Shown here: in pieces, positions 61,514 through 64,000 of the stretch
Numbering within the stretch: position 1 is the stretch's first letter
Layout: each line of letters begins with the position of its first letter
NCBI RefSeq assembly: GCF_964355755.1
Contig: NC_092677.1
Location: forward strand, 17,630,101 to 17,694,100
DNA: 64,000 nt
Direction: 5' to 3'
Source: Antedon mediterranea
Taxonomy: Eukaryota; Animalia; Echinodermata
Position numbers and translations under genes: made by a program
The notes under the pieces: model-generated
The model's database searches: none
The model's input: the letters and a program-made list of their open reading frames with translations, nothing else
What the model was told of the DNA's origin: nothing

Positions 61514-62814
61514 GTCCAAGTCATATTCATCTAAAAGATAAATGCTGAGTAAACGGGACTAGTGGTCCTACTCTAACATCTGGACGACTAAGGAGGTACC
61601 CATAATCCCACTAAGTGACTACCAGGAGCAATCCGCCGTTTTCTCACAAATACAGTATCGAATTTCACTATAAAAATCGTGATTGAGTTACACTCAGATT
61701 TAAAAGATGAGGGCTGAGTAAACGGGACCAGTGGTCCTACTCTAACTTTTACTGGATGACTAAAGAGGTACCCTAGTATAATCCCACCAAGTGACTCCCA
61801 GGAGCAATCCGCCATTTTCTCACAAATATTTATTTTCTAATACCATAAAAACCATAAGTAAGACATGGCTTGACACAGGCCTTCAATGATCGATTATGTT
61901 TTTAATCCCCAGCAGGACTGGACACAGAGTGGTTTCAGTCACGTGGTTTTAAAATACTATGCTGCCCTCAATGTTTATATTTAGTTAGACTGTACGCCAA
62001 TTTTTGTCCTTACGCCAATTTTTGTCCTTGCGCCAATTTTTGTCCTTGCGCCAATTTTTGTCCTTGCGCCAATTTTTGTCCTTGCGCCAATTTTTGTCCT
62101 TGCGCCAATTTTTGTCCTTGCGCCAATTTTTGTCCTTGCGCCAATTTTTGTCCTTACGCCAATTTAACCATACGGCAATTTGTTCATATGGCAATGTGTG
62201 TGTGTGTCCGTACGGCAATATTTGCTTGTCACTCGAGGAATTATGTCTTTAACGCCATTCGTTTGCCTTACGGGAGCGGAATTGTTCGTACGGCAACGTT
62301 TGTCTATTTTGGCCCTAATGGCCGCCCATAGTAAACTATCATACCATGTCGTCGCCATACAGGTCTATTTAAAATACTGATATCATAATGAATGGGATAC
62401 AGGCTAACAGTTCACACTACTCAAAATTCCATTACAGAAATTACAAGAACATTTTTGCCGATTTATTTGTTCATGTCGGAGAAAGACAAATTTCGCTACA
62501 CTTGTTGAGCACTTTACACAGGTAACTAAACAAACTTGTCCAATTTTCAATAGGATAGGAGACTGACAACGATTTATGAATCTCACAGTAAGTGATTACA
62601 AGTTGGAGGCTTGTAAATAGTTATTGAGACTTGATGGATACTAGCATCCTGGAAAGTGATATCTTGTCAATCCTAATTTTTACACCAGCTTGATATCTAC
62701 TATAAAAAAACACTTTTTTTTGACCTGGTGAAATAGCAGAAAATTGGTAACACCACAATATCCACATGGCTGTGCTTAAACAAATGTAAAATAACCATTT
62801 AAATTTTATTACCT

Positions 62815-63397
62815 TGAGTTAACCGGTTATAATACTAGAGATAATAAGTTTTAATGCTGGAGATAACCGGTTATAATGCTGGAACTGGTTATAATACTAG
62901 AGATAATAAGTTTTAATGCTGGAGATAACCGGTTATAATACTGGAGATAACCGGTTATAATGCTGGAACTGGTTATAATACTAGAGATAATAAGTTTTAA
63001 TGCTGGAGATAACCGGTTATAATACTGGAGATAACCGGTTATAATGCTGGAACTGGTTATAATACTAGAGATAATAAGTTTTAATGCTGGAGATAACCGG
63101 TTATAATACTGGAGATAACCGGTTATAATGCTGGAACTGGTTATAATACTAGAGATAATAAGTTTTAATGCTGGAGATAACCGGTTATAATACTGGAGAT
63201 AACCGGTTATAATGCTGGAACTGGTTATAATACTGGAGATAACTGGTTATAATGCTGGAGATAACCGGTTATAATGCTGGAGATAACCGGTTATAATGCT
63301 AGAGTTAACCGGTTATATGTTAGAGATAACTGGTTTTAATGCTGGAGATAACTGGTTATAATGCTGGATCATAACAGGTTATAATGCTGGAGATAAA
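62815..63397. repeat. 22-bp minisatellite with 84-bp higher-order unit
   Basis: Unit CTGGAGATAACCGGTTATAATG; the AGATAATAAG variant recurs every 84 bp. Confidence 0.92.
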
Positions 63398-64000
63398 CAA
63401 TGTTGGTTCACTTAATTACTTTTTGCAAGTGAATCTCAAGCTACTGTAGAATAAGTTTAAAGAAACTGAGTATTCCTACAGTTATGGACGTTTTGTATTA
63501 GTTTAAAAACATTCAACCATGTCATTCCTCGTCTTAAATGTATGTTTAATTTATAACAATACTATATGGACTATTAACTATTAAAAAAAAATCAGTTGTT
63601 GTTGTTTACCAGACTGTTATTGACAAAATCGGATCTTTAAAATTGCAGCGCTGTTGTGTTGATTGTTACAATTTGGCTCTCCTTCAATCAAACTCATTTT
63701 CTCCGCAATTTTGTTTTTAAAAAAATGTGTGTATCTCTACTTGCCGGTGATGGCCGGTCAGATGAATGCAGATGTGTACTGTGGCAGCCATAAATAGATG
63801 ACGTGACCACCGCAACAATTATTTTGTGATTGATATGTGGTGATGATTAATTAATAAATTACTTTCGTAACTTCATGATTGTTTAATACTGTTAGTGTTA
63901 ATAAACCAATCATAATTTGAATGTATTTCCCCTCAAATAGTGATAAAATGTTCACAAATTTGTTTGGGAAAAATGTGTTCTTTATTAAAAATCACTTTGA

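Larger units (their letters stand above)
59740..62330. mobile_element. Non-autonomous IS3EU-like element (2.6 kb) with ~380-420-bp TIRs
   Basis: TATGGGCGGCC...GGCCGCCCATA, 6-bp TSD GTAAAC, 18-bp tandem subrepeats in the arms. Confidence 0.8.

Noticed and set aside
59693-62380. ORFs with NWRKDK / SLRQFL repeats
   Set aside because: Translations of the 18-bp subrepeats in transposon arms
63609-63634. Possible upstream SOWAH exon reading DFVNNSL
   Set aside because: Weak acceptor and it does not supply the expected G-x before TAMHW; the upstream exon probably lies outside the window

Overview
AT-rich, intron-rich eukaryotic (metazoan, probably invertebrate) genomic DNA; nothing prokaryotic and no CRISPR. 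Two convergent spliced genes, both lacking their 5' ends. (1) + strand, 145-18561: 24 phase-compatible GT-AG exons encoding the last ~1148 aa of an RPGRIP1L/fantom (MKS5/NPHP8) ciliary transition-zone protein: coiled coil, C2-C2, Pro/acidic linker, RID C2. (2) - strand, 58988-33815: the 3' part of a SOWAH-type ankyrin-repeat gene. It has a 6-nt and a 24-nt microexon and what look like several alternative last exons. The rest is satellites (42, 24, 23, 22 and 106 bp units, plus an array of 76-bp hairpins) and mobile DNA: nested L2/CR1-group LINEs, tRNA-derived SINEs, Harbinger-, Kolobok-, IS3EU- and Helitron-like non-autonomous elements. The most notable unannotated signals are in or next to (TA)n tracts: six minimal type I hammerhead-ribozyme motifs from four sequence families, and a 290-bp foldback element whose perfect 65-bp inverted arms enclose a tRNA-Pro-like Pol III unit with a TGT anticodon. 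All assignments were made by eye; no searches were run.
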